A stretch of DNA of 63,999 bases, the filler included, from Albugo candida (taxonomy: Eukaryota), in assembly GCA_040437565.1 (NCBI GenBank). It is 37 parts of 37 records of this genome, joined end to end, with 100 filler letters (N's around TTAATTAATTAA, not from the genome) between each part and the next. Parts side by side here need not be neighbours in the genome. Positions count along the whole stretch, not along the records: positions 37,058 to 38,676 come from JBDOQK010000456.1; positions 38,777 to 40,390 come from JBDOQK010000457.1; positions 40,491 to 42,103 come from JBDOQK010000458.1; positions 42,204 to 43,810 come from JBDOQK010000459.1; positions 43,911 to 45,515 come from JBDOQK010000460.1; positions 45,616 to 47,218 come from JBDOQK010000461.1; positions 47,319 to 48,920 come from JBDOQK010000462.1; 30 more parts are not named here. The stretch is one strand, 5' to 3'. The notes under the pieces were generated by a model. It did not search any database. It saw only the letters and a program-made list of their open reading frames with translations, and was not told the DNA's origin. This document shows, piece by piece, positions 37,058 to 48,920 of the stretch (positions are counted from its first letter, which is position 1; each line of letters begins with the position of its first letter). Position numbers and translations under genes: made by a program.

Positions 37058-38676
37058 TTTTGGGTTAAGTCTATAGTTTCAGCTTCTTTACTTTCAATTC
37101 TTTTTTCAAATGTGAATTCAGCGCACCATCTTGTTTCAAAATCCTTTACTTGATTTCTTTCAATTCCAATAGCAGTCTTACCCGTAACATGAAAGTGTAA
37201 ATTCCATACAATTGGAAGAACGGCATCCTTATCCAACTCTAAAGAACCCCAATGAACACCAGCAATGTGTTGAAGATGAATCACTCTAGAACAATAAGAT
37301 ACATGTGGTCTATCCACCGGCAAAAACGTCAAAGCACCATCCGGATCATCTGTAGGGTAAACACAAACAGGAACCCCATACGCATCAGCAAGAATCTGCG
37401 AATGGTATGGCGATTGAAACCAATGAGCAAATGGAGCCTTCAATAGATTTCGATGTTGTTTGTTCAACTCTTTATCTTCTTCTACTACGATGCCTTGATC
37501 ACACTTTTCAATTTTCTCCCTTGGTCTGTCAATGCCACAAGTAATGGCTTCCCGCATGCGTCCTACATCCATCCCAAAGAAATTCTTGTAAACTTCCTCT
37601 TGAAAGCGAAGCGCACCGAGCATTTTTTCCTCTATACGAGGATACCAAAACTGTTTCTTGTGTATACAGTGAGCCGCAGCCCTAAAACCACAAAAACCAT
37701 CATCTCTAGGATTGAACTTTTCTATGATATGTTCCGGATTAATACTCGAGTGAACTTCAAAATCATGATTTGTTGGAGGCAGAGGCATTACAACTGGAAC
37801 ATTTTCAACTGGTGGTCGAGGCAATATAAAGGGAAGAACAAGTCTGGATCGACGTTCCGGCTTAATCAAAACAGGATTGCACTTCTTTCTTTTTGTAGGA
37901 ATTACTAGTACGTTAGCGGTTAACAATTCTTCTTGACGTTCTTCTTGACGTTCTTCTTGATGTTCAACTTGTGTTTGTTTCTTGGAGACTATTGCAACAG
38001 TTGTAATAAGTATCACGGGTAACAGTTTAAATGTATATAAAAATGATAACTTACATTTTTCATCTAAAGCACTAGGAGAGACATAGTTTCTTTTAAACCC
38101 ACTCTTAAGGAAATCCTTAGGCAAAGAACTGAAACGGTCAATTGATCTTGGTCTTCCAGGGTAGCTAACGTGACTTGACAATGGTATGCTTATATTAGGA
38201 TGTTTTTCATCAGTATCAGCATCAATAGCTTCAAAAACATCATCCAAAACTTTCATCAATGAGTTGGATTTTTGATAATTTCCTTCTAACAAACGAAATT
38301 TTTCTTCCAAAGTTGCTACGTACGACATCCAAGGTTTCTTTTCTTCATAAATTTTATCTTCAATTATTGTCTGTCCTTTAGCACTTTCTTCAATCCACCA
38401 ACGTTGTGGAATATCATCCAACTCTAGACACCTATTTCCTATCTTATTCAAATCATGACAACATAAGAGGCCAAAGTTGCATTTAGCAGGACAATAACAA
38501 TTACCATCATTGCTGACATACTCTTTCCACAAATCTTTATTAAGCTCCAGACGAAGAATGTACACCGCTTTGAGAGATATTTTTCTATGGAGTTTCTTCA
38601 ACATTTCTTCTTTTTGAGCGCCCACATCCATAATTGATCTTTCTCTGATGACTATTCCCTTGTACACCTTCTCAAA
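37058..38676 (-). mobile_element. MULE transposase C-terminal part: SWIM finger plus OTU-like domain
   Basis: CYCPAKCNFGLLCCH, PQRWW, PGRP, DDGFCGFRAAA, LADAYGVPVCVY, GVHW; probable in-frame 66-nt intron at 37989-38054. Confidence 0.8.
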
Positions 38677-38776
38677 NNNNNNNNNNNNNNNNNNNNNNNN
38701 NNNNNNNNNNNNNNNNNNNNTTAATTAATTAANNNNNNNNNNNNNNNNNNNNNNNNNNNNNNNNNNNNNNNNNNNN

Positions 38777-40380
38777 TCTTACCTTGCTGGCTATGTCAAG
38801 GCCACAAGACACATGTCGAAGGATAATAGACAGCTCACATTAACCCACGCTGTTAATTACTTTTCTCAGCAAAAAAGAAAAGAAATTGGTATAAAAAATT
38901 GTTTAATTTTTTCTTTATTTGTTTTTATTAACTTTTGTTTTACAGGTTCCTTCCTCCAAAAGAAATGGAAGGAAACAATTAATTCTTTGGAGGAATTCAA
39001 ACACCACCCTGTCAATGAAGTTGAAGCTAAGAGAAAGTGGGAAGAGTTGAAAGAAGGTATCAACGAGGCAAAGGAAGCTAGAAACAGTAAGGCTACACCC
39101 CACAATTATCTGGGGCTTACTGAAGAAGATGAGTATTTTGCTGCGTGCTCTTTCTACTTGTACTATAAGTAGGTAACAATATTATTTATCTTTTCTTTTT
39201 GTTCGTGGATTTACATGCAATGCCATGTTTCATTATACGGCGAGTATCGAAACTATAACATATATTATGAAAAGCTATACGTTACATCAATTTACTTACT
39301 TTTTAATGTTTTTAGAAAACACGTACAAGAAAAGTTGATGGTTGCACAACGCATTGCCCATTTCAGAAAAGAAATGCGTACATATGATAAAAGCATGAAG
39401 GCTTATGAGAACAGCCATGAGGGGGTTATCAGGCCAACATCTTTACTTGATGAAAGATTTACAAGATTTGCTGAGAGATGCAAAAGAGCAATTGAGGAAA
39501 AACTTTTGACGTCTATTTCTTCTGTTGCTCAAGGCATCCAACTCCAAAGACGTCACATGAGAAACAACGGCGGCCAACGTAAGTTTATATATAACTACTG
39601 CTTATTTTACTCACATTCAACTTACCATACTTTTTAACTTGTAGTTGGACATGCTGTTGTGCAGATGAGATTGAAGCTTTTGAGAAAAGAGCACAATGAC
39701 CTGGACGCTCTTGTTAAAGCTTTTAACGATCAAGCCGAAGGTAAAAAAAAAAAAAAAAAAAAAAATAACTACATTATGTGTTTAACAATAACCATTTATC
39801 TTAGCTTCGAAAAAGCTAACAGCAGATTTTAGAAAGTTGATAGAAGATGAAGCTCTTTCCTTTGAGTATTTTGAGAAGAGGTACGATCTTCGTCCCCACG
39901 AAGGGACAGATCGTTACCATAGGCTTCAACGCCTAAGAGAGGAAAAGGTGTTCCTTGAGGTAAGCATACTTATTAGGTTTTTACTTCATGTTATTTCTAA
40001 CGGCTAAACCATCCTTATGCTTTTAGGAAGAGATAAACAGAGTCAAGGAATTCTGTTTATCTTTCCCGGATAAACTTGCCTTGGCTTTGCGAGACCTCGA
40101 GGCACAGCCTTCTAGCTCTGTGGTAAAGGCTCCTTTCTCTGCTGGACTGGAAACAGTACTCTGGGCTAGATTGGCTGAAGAGGCTGCTTGGGCAGAGAAG
40201 ACGTTAAGCTACTTAGGTAGCTTAACTGAAACTCCAGCAGTAAATGCCTTTTTTGCAGGTAGGTTGGACGAAGCAACTGGTTTGGAAGAAGAAGACACTT
40301 CTTTGTCTTTTGACGTCGAAGAAGCAAATGAAGCGTCTTTAAGTGCTGCACTTCAAGTTATGTCACTTGCAAATATGTAG
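38777..40380 (+). mobile_element. Probable KDZ (Kyakuja-Dileera-Zisupton) transposase C-terminal part, multi-exon
   Basis: YLAGYVKATRHMSKDNRQLTL..K..IG.FL.KK resembles the segment after the catalytic Glu of KDZ transposases; helical tail split by about five GT-AG introns. Confidence 0.55.
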
Positions 40381-40589
40381 ACTAATAAAANNNNNNNNNN
40401 NNNNNNNNNNNNNNNNNNNNNNNNNNNNNNNNNNTTAATTAATTAANNNNNNNNNNNNNNNNNNNNNNNNNNNNNNNNNNNNNNNNNNNNACCGTAAATT
40501 TAAGGTTTTTACTGCTTAAAATCTAGGCTCGCGGCCTTTTTTTGAGCTCGTTAACCGCAAATCAAAGCTCGCGAGCACCCCTACCTATA

Positions 40590-40845
40590 TATAGTAAACA
40601 AATAGAAGCAAGTTTATAAGAATAGTAAGGTTTTAATAAGATTTTTATAGACAAAATTGAATGAATCTTTATTGTAAGCAAATTAATTGTGAGTATTTAT
40701 ATATTTTTATATTTATAACAAAAAGAAGATTTTCAAAAAAAAAGAATAGTAAAAGAAAAAGAATGCTTTCAAAAAATGATAGCATTCAAAAAATGAATAG
40801 CTTGAAATAATTAGAATACGAATTGTGCGTGTAACATGTCCCCCC
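40590..40845 (-). repeat. Polypurine tract and 3' LTR of a gypsy element
   Basis: Stop TAG at 40850-40848, GGGGGGACA at 40845-40837, TGTTAC from 40836, internal TATAAATA and AATAAA; distal end not identified. Confidence 0.75.
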
Positions 40846-40847
40846 GA

Positions 40848-42103
40848 CTAGTTATGTTTAGCCCCTAAACCACTAGTTTCCTTTTGCATAGCAATAACCT
40901 CCCATCTCTCATAGGGATCAATAGTCTTGATGAATGCCTTGATTGCCTTAGTTCTTCCACGATACCTGTTGGTGGCAAGGTTGGAAATGTAGAGACCCCT
41001 CATGTTTACATATTTTCTGAATTCAACAATGGTAGTAGGCATCTTCACCTGGATGTTGCATAATAGAGCAATAGAGACAGCTGCTCGAGTTACTATCTCG
41101 TGTTCACGGCGTTGTTCGGCTCGTCTTCTTATCATTACCTCCTCCCATTCTTCAAAGTCGGATTCAATTTGGGTACGCAAACCAGCTTGAGTGGCTTCAG
41201 GGATTAAAGAAGGCGGGTCTTCTGGTTGAAAAGTAGCAGCATCAAAATCCAGTACAGATAGGAGATCTTCACCTAAGAATTCGTCCATATCATCGAATGA
41301 CAATACCGATTCTTTGTCTTGTTGATCTTCGCTTGTCGAAGAACCAGCAGCAGGACCCAAACGATCGTTGATTGACTTACGGTTAGCCAACCCTTGGATT
41401 TGCAATCCAGTAGTAGTAGAATTGTGTTGGTTATTCATTACAGTATTATTTGATGAGTAATTTTGTGAGTTGGAAAAACCTTCATTTAACCAGGTCCTTT
41501 TATAGTTTTCTTGCAATTTCCATCCAACATCAGGTACCTTGTAAATTCTTAATCGGTTTCCGTGGATCACTCTTTTCACTTCCTTTCCTGATTCAGTTTC
41601 ACCAGTAATAACATAATTTCCCTTTTTTAAAGATTCTGTGACAGTGTAACATCCCACCCATCTATCTGTTAATTTTCCAGACCAAGTCATTCCTGTATAA
41701 TCACGGTAACGTTCCACCACATCTCCTACTTCAAAAGCTGGCTTCAGTTGTTTCTTTGCTTCTAATAATCTCTTGTCAATAGCCTTTTTTTGAGCCTTTT
41801 GAGATGCTTCAATTTTTTTGATACAGTTTTTCCTTATTAAGTTTAGCGTCACTATTTGATGTGCAGTTCTTTGCTTTAAATTGTATTCAAACTTTGTAGA
41901 AGTGGGATCCATTGCCTTTGTAGCTTCAAACGGAGTTCTAGGATTGTAACCATATAACAAGTAAAACGGAGTTTCTTTCGTAGTTGCTTGCTTCATGCTT
42001 CTGTATGAAAACAAGGCAGCTCCAACGTAGGTGTGCCAATCTAACTTATCTTCTGCTGAACGTCTTTGTAATATTTGATCAAGTGTTCGATTGAATCTCT
42101 CAA
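40848..42103 (-). mobile_element. Ty3/gypsy integrase C-terminus plus extension, related to 12503
   Basis: IERFNRTLDQIL, YRSMKQATTKETPFYLLYGYNPRTPFEATKAM nearly identical to the 12503 ORF. Confidence 0.95.
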
Positions 42104-42203
42104 NNNNNNNNNNNNNNNNNNNNNNNNNNNNNNNNNNNNNNNNNNNNTTAATTAATTAANNNNNNNNNNNNNNNNNNNNNNNNNNNNNNNNNNNNNNNNN
42201 NNN

Positions 42204-42360
42204 GAGATCACCCGAGTGGATACTCCAAAAAAAAAAAAAAAAAAAAAAAAGATCGGATTAAGATCTTTGTTTGATCCCAGCATGCATATGCTTCCTGTCA
42301 AAGCCACACGTTCACTAATAAAATGTTGTGAGTTTCTGATTTATCTGCTGTTTACCATTG
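42204..42360 (+). repeat. Duplicate of 60548-60710 (contig-end overlap)
   Basis: Identical sequence except for an A24 versus A30 run. Confidence 0.95.
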
Positions 42361-42838
42361 GCCTATTTCATTTTATTTTATTATATTAAACTATTTCATT
42401 GTTGCTCTACCTATGCGTGTTGAAATTTATCTGACCTGGGAGCGATCGCTGTTAGAATACTAATATAATAATAAAGGGCGGGAAAATAATAAGACATGTT
42501 CCAAAGTTTGAAAAAATTTAATTGGTTCCCTGGATAAATGATTCTGAATAAGAATACATCCATTCCTATCATATTCTCCTGTGCCTTAAAAAAGAGAAGT
42601 GTGTAATGCTTATTATTATTATGGTGAGAAGTGTACTGATAAATACAGAGTGATGTTTGTATAATGTTTATCTGTCACACACTGCTTCATAATTCATAAC
42701 AAAGAAATGTTACACTAAAATTATTACTACAGTCGCCTTATCAATTGCAAAAAAAAAAAAAAAAAAAAAAAAGATTAAAATTTTTTTCATTTTTTTTTAT
42801 CTTTCCATCTTTCCATCTTTTCTTCTCTTCTCTTTTTC

Positions 42839-43810
42839 ATGTTATTCAGTAGGTTTCATCAATCGTTCCGATACTTCAGGTGAAGATGGTAAGTTTTTTT
42901 TGAAAAAAAAAAAGCGAGAAAAAGTATTTAACCAACAATATTTCCCTCGATTTTTATACCTTCATTTCGTTATATAAATTTATCTATCATAAATAATAAT
43001 GCCCAACGATCTTAATAACAACGGAGAGGGATCTAGCACCGGCAACAACTCCTCTATTTTTGGAAATAATTTTGTCTCGAGTGCTGCTAACATGTAAGAT
43101 TTTGAAAATAAAACGTTTAACAATGACACTACTGACATTTTTTTACCCAAAAGTGACAATATAGTTGCTTTGATTACCGGTGATCAAGACTTTAGTGTAC
43201 CCGATCCTAATAATCTTCCTAATACAAGACCTTCATTTGGAGAACAGCTTGAAAATGAGAAAACAAACATGAAGTGGCCAACACCTTTCTCTCTCAACCC
43301 AAACGCAACTAATAAAAACGCAAGCTACACTTTTCGTTACAACATAGCTGTTAGATCAAAAATTGAAGAAAATAGAATTTATTGCAACATTGAAGGAAAA
43401 GATGGTTGCCATGCCTATTTTACTGCAGCTGGTAAAAGCACAAGTTCAATTATCAGCCACTTCAAATATATTCACAAGATGATAAAGGATGACAGTAAGT
43501 TCTTAACAAACAAAAAAGCAATCGATTTTTTTATTAATCCACTTTTTAATAGTCATTGAAACACATAAGCAGCTGTCTATTTCCGGCCCTCAACAAAGTA
43601 GTCTTCATAGTCACTATTCTTCAAATTCTGGATCCAGCTCTCTTTTTTCAAACATCATACGTAGCGAAATTGTTAATAAAGATACTATCACCGATGCATT
43701 AATTAAACTGATCTTGAATCATCAATTATCATTTAGAATCGCCAACAGTCCCTCATTACAACAATTTGCATACTTATGTTATAACGCCACCAAAAAGACA
43801 GATGTAAAAA
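42839..43810 (+). mobile_element. hAT-like transposase 5' part with BED zinc finger, multi-exon
   Basis: IYCNIEGKDGC..GKSTSSIISHFKYIH; later LIKLILNHQLSFRIANSPSLQQF; several GTAAG introns; start approximate. Confidence 0.7.
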
Positions 43811-44013
43811 NNNNNNNNNNNNNNNNNNNNNNNNNNNNNNNNNNNNNNNNNNNNTTAATTAATTAANNNNNNNNNNNNNNNNNNNNNNNNNNNNNNNNNN
43901 NNNNNNNNNNTATCATTGCCATCCACTCACTCGTCAGCATCAACATGCTACAATGTCGATGTCTGCGCAATGGAGAAGGACGACAGGAGAAAGCCTTCGA
44001 CGCCGAGGAAAGG

Positions 44014-44034
44014 TGCCGCGACCCGGGATCGAAA

Positions 44035-44079
<45 letters not shown>

Positions 44080-44086
44080 CCGAGGC
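44014..44086 (-). tRNA. tRNA-Phe(GAA), possibly defective
   Basis: GCCTCGGTAGCTCAGTTGGGAGAGCG-TCAGA CT GAA GA TCTGA; one acceptor-stem mismatch and G53->T in the T-stem. Confidence 0.85.
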
Positions 44087-44405
44087 CACACACTGCACAA
44101 TCAACACACACCATACAACATATGCATTACCAACGCACATCACGAGTCACGCACGTATTCACGTACGGCTCACTCCATCCTGCCTGCAATCGTAGGTCAA
44201 TGGCACGCACCTGCTCGATTTGCGAAAATACAGAATCCGACAATGAAGGAGACAGACCGAGCGGCGACACGACTTATGGCACGGATACAGCGATGAGAAG
44301 GTTGAAACCGATGCGAAGTGCTTTGACGGACACGAAGATAAGCGACTGTCGTCACCGCTAAGGCGGTGTCGATGCGACCAGATTCGAATTTGTGTGTGTC
44401 AACAT

Positions 44406-44477
44406 TGCCCCCAGGCAGGATTGAACTACCGACCTTACGCCAACTAAGCGGGTGCTCTATTACGGAGCTATATGAGC
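44406..44477 (-). pseudogene. tRNA-Thr(AGT) pseudogene
   Basis: TAGCTC..TAGAGCA, loop TTAGT, GTTCAATCC; several stem mismatches. Confidence 0.65.
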
Positions 44478-44663
44478 TCCTCTCAACAACAACAACCAAC
44501 CATTTCTCACGCCCTGATTACACACGCTATTCACTCTCGCATCAATCACGCGCCACAAACAGATCCATCGGTCAATGGACCAAGCGATCGACTTAGTCTG
44601 CCACTTCGGGTATGTGAAAAAGAAACGGCGATGGTAGCAGAGGACTGAGGTGAAATGGAATAG

Positions 44664-44735
44664 TGCGCCGTCGGGAAATCGAGCCGCGACCTCATCCTGG
44701 AAAGGATTAAACCCTAATCTTGAAACCAAGGGTGT
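44664..44735 (-). pseudogene. Relic of tRNA-Gly(TCC)
   Basis: ATCCT-TTCC-AGGAT hairpin and 3' end TCGATTTCCCGACGGCGCA; heavily decayed. Confidence 0.4.
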
Positions 44736-45126
44736 TCCTCACGTTAGTCAGATGCCGACTCTTCTCACACTACCAAGTACATACACATCCATTGCGACCT
44801 TCTTCGCATTATGGAGCGCGTCGACGATAGCCACGAGCGACATCCCTCGCACCTTGCCGCGATAATCACGGCTGCCAAATGCACTCGTCCACCACTTCTT
44901 GTCCGCCTCCAGGCCATGCTTTTGGTGGCTGCTTCATACCAACTCCTGACAGTCTTGTAAACTTTACTGATGTTCGGTCGGCAAACGGGATGATTCGCCT
45001 TCATTTAGCATAGTGACAGAGCTTTGAAGCTGTTAGCGGTGGTCAACGTCAGCGAAGCGGCCGTACACCGGTGCGGTGCATTCCATCAACAGCAAGCAGG
45101 AGAAAGGGCGATCGTGCAGCCAAAGA

Positions 45127-45199
45127 TATCGGAGGAGGGGATCGAACCCTCGATCTTGAGCGTGTTAAGCTCACGTCCTAACCACTAGACGACACCGAC
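45127..45199 (-). tRNA. tRNA-Val(AAC)
   Basis: GTCGGTGTCGTCTAGTGGTTAGGACG-TGAGC TT AAC AC GCTCA..GAGGG TTCGATC CCCTC. Confidence 0.9.
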
Positions 45200-45235
45200 T
45201 CGTCAGCGCGCACACAACCGTGTCACAACTACCAC

Positions 45236-45400
45236 CATCTTTCTATCACGGTACTTGCTCGCTATCGATCTCGCACCAATACTTGGCTTTTGATGAAATT
45301 CCACCTACTTCGCGCTGCATTCTCAAACAGCGCGACTCTAACAAACGTATCGTACGCGCAAGCCACTTCAGTACAAACGGTAGTTTCACCCTCCATGCTG
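45236..45400 (-). pseudogene. Diverged 28S (LSU) rRNA D1-region fragment, oomycete-like
   Basis: Minus strand GAGTCGCGCTGTTTGAGAATGCAGCGCGAAG..GAGATCGATAGCGAGCAAGTACCGTGATAGAAAGATG resembles the conserved LSU segment GAGACCGATAGCGAACAAGTACCGTGAGGGAAAGATG. Confidence 0.85.
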
Positions 45401-45615
45401 TCGCGGTACGCGGTTGCTGGAGGCATACACGACATCATTGCCATCCACTCACTCGTCAGTATCAACATGCTACAATGTCGATGTCTGCGCAATGGAGACG
45501 GACGACAGGAGAAAGNNNNNNNNNNNNNNNNNNNNNNNNNNNNNNNNNNNNNNNNNNNNTTAATTAATTAANNNNNNNNNNNNNNNNNNNNNNNNNNNNN
45601 NNNNNNNNNNNNNNN

Positions 45616-47218
45616 ACCATTGATTATATGTACGCTTCACCTTTTATGTATCAGCATTTACATTCGTCTGCAATTGATTTTATTTCTTCTAAGTGGACAG
45701 ATCATGCTTTATTGACAGCTGACTTCATATTTCGACTAGATCACCAAGGTTCTGGATTGTATCGTGTTCACCCCAACCTTGCACAGAATTCCTATTTTCA
45801 AGATCAACTGTTTACCTCCCTTGATGAATATTTTGCTTCCTCTACTGGCCCTGATTTTATCAGCCTATCGCCACAAACTAAATGGGATCAAATTAAACAA
45901 ATAGTACGAGATAGTGCAAAATCTGTTGGACGTCGACGTAGTGCATGGATCCAACGATTTTTAAAAAGGCAACAACGCAAACGAAATAAAATTCTACGTG
46001 AATTCAAAATTCCCAATATTATTGACCCTCGTCTTTCTATAATAGAGCGTTTAATAGGTACTGTTCAACAAGACATTTCGAACACTCATTCAATTAGGGC
46101 TGGTAAGCATTGGAGAGAAAACGGTGAAACTTCTGCTGGATATCTAAAACGGACTATCACAACCAGAGCCGTCAAGCGGAATATGGCAACATTGATTCAT
46201 CCGGTTACTCGCACCTTATGCACCACGCCGTCTACTATGCAAGATGCTGCCACATCCTTCTACAAACACCTATATGAACCTGATCCCGTTGACCATCCTA
46301 GTATTGATCAACTATGTACAACTATCCCTGATACTGATACTATTCCTTCTTCTGCCCATGATTCCTTACAACGATCCTTCACAATCACTGATATCACAGA
46401 TGGTGCAAGTCGATCCCCCAAACATAGTAGTCCAGGAACTGATGGTTTGTCATATGAAATACTATCCCTACTCTTTCAACATCGTCAAACGGCTTCTTTA
46501 GCACTAACAATTTACAATGAAGCTCTATCATTAGGCATTTTTCCCGAAAGTTGGTTGTCTACCTGTATGTGCCTACTACCCAAAAAAGGGGACCTTAACG
46601 ACTTGAAGAACTGGCGTCCTATTTCTCTAATCAATGCTGACGCAAAAATTTTTACTCGTCTCATCAACCTTCGACTCATGCCATATATGAACAAATTGAT
46701 TTGTAAACAACAGCTTGGTTTTATGCCCGGTCGTTTCATTGGAGAACATGGCATTACGTTTCATACTACCAAATTACTTGCTACCTACAACAACTCTTCC
46801 ACCATTGCCTTACTTTTAGATCAAGAAAAAGCCTATGACCGTATTCATCCCCAATACCTACAACGCATTATGGAACAATTTAATATTCCTATGACTATTA
46901 TTCAAAGCATTACCTCCCTTTTTTTCAATACTGGTATTCAAATTAATATTAACGGACATATTACTACTAACCTTATTACTCAACAGCGTGGTCTTCGTCA
47001 AGGTGATCCCCTAAGCCCTCTATTATTTAATATAGCTTTTGATCCTTTTATCCGATCCATCCACAATAACCCTCACTTTCAAGGGTACAACTTCGCTTCT
47101 AAAGCTCCTCCTCCATCTTCTGATGCTATCTTTGATGACCTAGCCGAAAGTCTGGATCGATTGTTCCATCTACGTGATGACCCTCCTTTAACTTCTACTA
47201 GTAGCAATTCAGCTGTTC
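45616..47218 (+). mobile_element. L1/Tx1-like non-LTR retrotransposon ORF2 fragment (endonuclease end and RT)
   Basis: WTDH, WRENGE, SPGTDGL, NWRPISLINADAKIF, QLGFMPGR, LDQEKAYDRI, GLRQGDPLSPLLFN. Confidence 0.95.
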
Positions 47219-47409
47219 NNNNNNNNNNNNNNNNNNNNNNNNNNNNNNNNNNNNNNNNNNNNTTAATTAATTAANNNNNNNNNNNNNNNNNNNNNNNNNN
47301 NNNNNNNNNNNNNNNNNNATGTGATTTTCTTTTTTTTTTACGTTATTATTATTGTTATTCGATGGGGTATTATTATTATCATGATTGTGGACGTCAGTAT
47401 ACCCATTAT

Positions 47410-48627
47410 TTATTGCTGACGCCCTTTCCCTTTTCCCTCGTCATTATTATTACTATGATTACCACTATCATTGTTATTACCTTGATTACCTTTATACGGT
47501 TCAGGACAGAAACGAACAGCATGGCCTTCTCTTCCACAGTTCCAGCAAACAAAACTAGGTTTTCTTTCACCATATGAACTTGAGTTGAATGGAGCATTAT
47601 TTCTAGGTTGATACGAATAAGAGCCATTTGTTCTACCACCGTTATTATTTTGTAATTGTTGAATTTGTTGCTGTTGTTGTACCAGATTTATATTAAGTTG
47701 CTTCATGCCTTGAACCAGTTCAGCTAAGGAATCTTGAGATAATGTGGATTGATTGTCACTTAAATTATTCACGCTATTATTGCTACTTCCTTCCCCATTA
47801 TTTTTTTTGTTTTTATTATTTTCGTTATCTGTAATAACATCATTTAAATTAAACCCTACTTTCTTTTCTACACCCATCACTCTTCCATATTTTTTTATTA
47901 ATTTTTCTACTTCCATTGCCTCTTTTACTGCCATATCAAAAGTCAATAAATTACTTCTCTTTTTCTCTACCTCATATGCTATTAATTCTGTAACCCCCGA
48001 GATTAAACAACTAATTTTAAACCCTTCATCTGTAATACCCGCAGTGTTAAATAAAATTGATAACTCCCCACTAAAACCTTCAATACTCTGATTATTTTTT
48101 TGTTTACTGTTCTTGAGCTTATCCCAAGCCTCATCAGCATTAACCTTCATGAACTTATTTTTAAATTCACGAACAAAAATATCCCACGTAGGAACAGTAT
48201 CTTCAATGGTGTTCCACCAATTTTCAGCGTTGTTACAAAAATTATGAGTAATACCGTTAATGAAAAGTTGATCATTAAAATTGTTGTTGTAGTGTAATTT
48301 ATACTTCATTACTTTCTTCAACCATAGTTCTGCTTGTCTAATATCATCATTCCCTTTGAAAGCAGGAGTAAGTGAATATAACTGCATATAGTTGGGTGTT
48401 GTATTGCTAATAATTGTTTCAGTCATTTTTTTGTTGTTTTTTGGTGTTGTTTTTATTGTTGTAGTACTAATTATATTGCTAGATGTTGTATTACTAATAC
48501 TTTCCTCTAATAAAATTGTTTTATTTTTAACGCTGTCTACTTTAATCTCTTCTATGTATGACAAAATTGAATCTTTGTCGACTGATAATTTTCCTTTCTT
48601 CAAACTGGTATTATTCCTCTTGTCCAC
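47410..48627 (-). mobile_element. Ty3/gypsy Gag (complete; start codon uncertain)
   Basis: PAFKG, AENWW, TWDIFVREFKNKF, KQKNNQSI, CCHC knuckle CWNCGREGHAVRFC. Confidence 0.92.
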
Positions 48628-48739
48628 TGTAAAATATATAAAATTTATAAAGAATTTTCTGTTCCTTATAAATCAATCGAATAAAAATTTCTTCTTCTTT
48701 TTAAAAATGTGATGGCACGGCAAATATTATTTAAATATG

Positions 48740-48920
48740 TCTCGGCGAGACCTCCAATGATAAGTTTGCGGTGCTTGTTGTGAAATGTGTTGTAGCGATA
48801 TTGTTCCCTTAAGATGATAATCCGAGACAAGTTATCAAATTAAAGTATTATTTAATAAATGTATATATATTAAAATTGAGTAAATCTTCTTATCGTTGTT
48901 CTTCTCAAAAATATCCTTCA
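48740..48920 (-). promoter_or_regulatory. 5' LTR end (48758) and tRNA-Gln primer-binding site (48740-48756)
   Basis: Minus strand TTATCA-T-TGGAGGTCTCGCCGAGA; its complement TCTCGGCGAGACCTCCA resembles eukaryotic tRNA-Gln 3' ends. Confidence 0.85.

Noticed and set aside
43916-45004. ORFs across the tRNA repeat
   Set aside because: They overlap tRNA genes and relics and show no protein features.
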